Source: Deltaproteobacteria bacterium
GTDB taxonomy: Bacteria > Desulfobacterota > GWC2-55-46 > UBA9637
DNA length: 64,000 bases
Direction of reading: 5' to 3'
Assembly: GCA_016219285.1 (NCBI GenBank)
Contig: JACRNJ010000006.1
Coordinates: 4,988-68,987, forward strand
Shown here: positions 62,245 to 64,000 of the stretch, piece by piece
Numbering within the stretch: position 1 is the stretch's first letter
How the letters are laid out: each line of letters starts with the position of its first letter
Notes under the pieces: model-generated
Told to the model about the DNA's origin: nothing
What the model saw: the letters and a program-made list of their open reading frames with translations, nothing else
Databases searched by the model: none
Program-made: the position numbers and the translations under genes

Positions 62245-63663
62245 ATGGACCCAAAAGAAATAAAAGAACGGATGAAAATACCCAGACAGGCAATGTCCGA
62301 ACAGGACCCAAAGGAGCGGGTAAAAAATTTCTATGAAGTGCCGCAAGGCTATACCCCTGAACTGGCAATGCAAGAGGCAAAAAGGTGCATTCAATGCAAA
62401 AACCCGTTGTGTGTTGGCGGATGTCCTGTAAATATAGATATACCGTGGTTTGTAAGGCTTATTGCGGAAGGCAAGTTTGTTGATGCTGCAAAAAAGCTCA
62501 AAGAAACCAATGCCCTTCCGGCAGTTTGCGGCAGGGTCTGCCCTCAGGAAGACCAGTGCGAAAAGGTGTGCCTGGTAGGTAAAAAAGGACAGCCTGTATC
62601 CATCGGAAGATTAGAGAGGTTTGCGGCAGACTATGAAAGGGAACATGCGGAGGTTACTATCCCCAATATACCAAAATGGACAGGCAAAAAAGTGGCTGTG
62701 GTCGGCGCAGGACCTGCAGGCCTGACTGTGGCAGGCGATTTGGTAAAAAGGGGGCACAAGGTTACTATATTTGAGGCGCTTCATGTTGCAGGCGGTGTTT
62801 TGATGTACGGCATCCCGGAGTTCAGGCTGCCTAAGAAGATAGTTGAGTCAGAGGTTGAGTATGTAAAAAAGATGGGTGTTGAGATTGTCTGCAATGCTGT
62901 TATCGGCAAACTTGAGACCATAGATGAGCTTCTATTAAATGGTTATAATGCAGTATTTATTGGCACAGGCGCTGGTCTACCTGTGTTTATGAACATCCCC
63001 GGAGAGAATCTTATAGGCGTATATTCTGCCAACGAGTATCTTACAAGATTAAACCTGATGCGCGCATACCAATTCCCTGAATATGATACACCTGTTTTGC
63101 GTGGTAAAAAGGTGGCTGTTGTCGGCGGCGGCAACACGGCAATGGATGCTGCGCGGACAGCGCTGCGGCTTTGCCCTGAAGAGGTAACGATTATCTACCG
63201 CCGTTCCAGAGAAGAGATGCCTGCGAGGATTGAGGAGGTTCATCATGGTGAAGAAGAAGGCTTGAAGTTTATGCTCCTTACCAATCCTACAAGATTTATC
63301 GGCGATGATGAAGCAAGGCTCAAGAAGGTTGAATGTATAAAAATGGAGCTCGGAGAACCTGATGAATCAGGCAGAAGAAGGCCGGTTCCTGTAAAGGGCT
63401 CTGAATTTCAGATAGATGTGGATGTGGCAATCGTTGCCATCGGCAACGGCGCAAATCCGCTTATTCCGCAGACAAGCCCTGACATAAAAGTTAACAAATG
63501 GGGCAATATTACAGTGAATCAGGATACAGGAAGAACCAGTAAAAAAGGCGTGTTCTCTGGCGGCGATATTGTGAGGGGCGGCGCAACTGTTATCCTCGCA
63601 ATGGGCGACGGCAGGAAGGCGGCGGATTCTATACATGAGTATTTGGCAACAGGGGTGTGGTAA
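62245..63663 (+). CDS. Glutamate synthase small-subunit-like NAD(P)H oxidoreductase (GltD/NfnB/SudA family)
   Basis: 472 aa with N-terminal 4Fe-4S Cys clusters (CIQCKNPLCVGGCP; CGRVCPQEDQCEKVC) and FAD/NAD Rossmann motifs (VAVVGAGPAGL, VAVVGGGNTAMD). Confidence 0.8.
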   Translation: MDPKEIKERMKIPRQAMSEQDPKERVKNFYEVPQGYTPELAMQEAKRCIQCKNPLCVGGCPVNIDIPWFVRLIAEGKFVDAAKKLKETNALPAVCGRVCPQEDQCEKVCLVGKKGQPVSIGRLERFAADYEREHAEVTIPNIPKWTGKKVAVVGAGPAGLTVAGDLVKRGHKVTIFEALHVAGGVLMYGIPEFRLPKKIVESEVEYVKKMGVEIVCNAVIGKLETIDELLLNGYNAVFIGTGAGLPVFMNIPGENLIGVYSANEYLTRLNLMRAYQFPEYDTPVLRGKKVAVVGGGNTAMDAARTALRLCPEEVTIIYRRSREEMPARIEEVHHGEEEGLKFMLLTNPTRFIGDDEARLKKVECIKMELGEPDESGRRRPVPVKGSEFQIDVDVAIVAIGNGANPLIPQTSPDIKVNKWGNITVNQDTGRTSKKGVFSGGDIVRGGATVILAMGDGRKAADSIHEYLATGVW

Positions 63664-63667
63664 AGTA

Positions 63668-63840
63668 GATTGCCCATTTATGGGCGTATTTAAAAACGCT
63701 GATAAATCGGCAAACTACAGCGCCTTGCCCTTGACAAACTATCTCCTTTGCCAAAGGCAAAAGAGTTTTGTGTTTTGCTTCGGCAAAACACATAATTTGT
63801 AAAGGGCTTGCATCTTGGAAATTTTTGAGCGTGAACTGCA
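63668..63840 (+). repeat. Copy D of the palindromic intergenic element family, with a ~75-bp internal insertion
   Basis: tgcccatttatgggcgtatttaaaaacgctgataaatcggcaaactacagcgccttgcc ... gcttgcatcttggaaatttttgagcgtgaact matches 2238-2328 across both ends. Confidence 0.7.
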
Positions 63841-64000
63841 CCTTGCCCAGCCAGCTTTTCTTTGTCCCCTGATAGAAACTTTCAGGGGCAGGCTTTGGCT
63901 CAAACATTACGTTTGTATAAAAATATAAAACGGTAATCTACGGACTCATCTTGTTATACTGCTCCCTTGTCTTATCCAGCAAAAGCGCCATGCTAATTTC

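Noticed and set aside
63863-63892. Hairpin cccctga...tcagggg downstream of the GltD-like gene, a possible intrinsic terminator
   Set aside because: It has a good stem but is not followed by a U-tract (caggctttggc), so a terminator call is not supported from sequence alone. I left it as an observation.

Overview
The window is a 64-kb segment of an AT-rich bacterial chromosome (roughly 40% GC, with GC-rich patches). The gene content suggests an anaerobe, with many radical SAM enzymes and an NfnAB-like pair.

Housekeeping genes come first: lytic transglycosylase (partial), moeA, mtnA, proA, hisB, hisH, hisA, prmA, gdh, tRNA-Met, rnpB, ftsEX, hup, frr, pyrH, tsf, rpsB. Between 27.1 and 53.4 kb, all on the minus strand, lies a very large polysaccharide/glycan-biosynthesis locus. 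After it come tldD, fabI, rnr, ubiB and nfnAB-like genes.

Stand-out elements:
- A complete four-gene Wadjet anti-plasmid operon (jetA, jetB, jetC, jetD) at 16.0-22.5 kb, between ftsE and a tRNA-Asp/tRNA-Val pair. It sits in markedly AT-rich DNA, and jetC is split by a +1 frameshift in a T-run.
- An ISNCY-like IS element next to tRNA-Met, with duplicated terminal inverted repeats and a 48-bp tandem duplication over its transposase start.
- A glycan locus unusually rich in radical SAM enzymes. It has four B12-binding (class B) radical SAM enzymes and two SPASM-type radical SAM enzymes. It also has a CDP-6-deoxyhexose pathway (rfbF, rfbG, an RmlC-like epimerase, a sugar C-methyltransferase), two further methyltransferases, four glycosyltransferases, a Wzx flippase, and a UDP-sugar dehydrogenase/epimerase pair.
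- A HEPN/MNT toxin-antitoxin cassette inside that locus, inserted immediately upstream of the flippase gene. It is flanked by a ~76-bp direct duplication of the flippase 5' end.
- A degraded MNT pseudogene next to rfbF.
- Lineage-specific heptanucleotide tandem repeats inside genes. (AGGCAAG)3 frameshifts moeA. (GTTTCAA)4 plus (CAACYTR)4 form an in-frame insertion in hisH.
- A multi-copy palindromic intergenic element family with five copies in this window.

No rRNA genes or CRISPR arrays are present.
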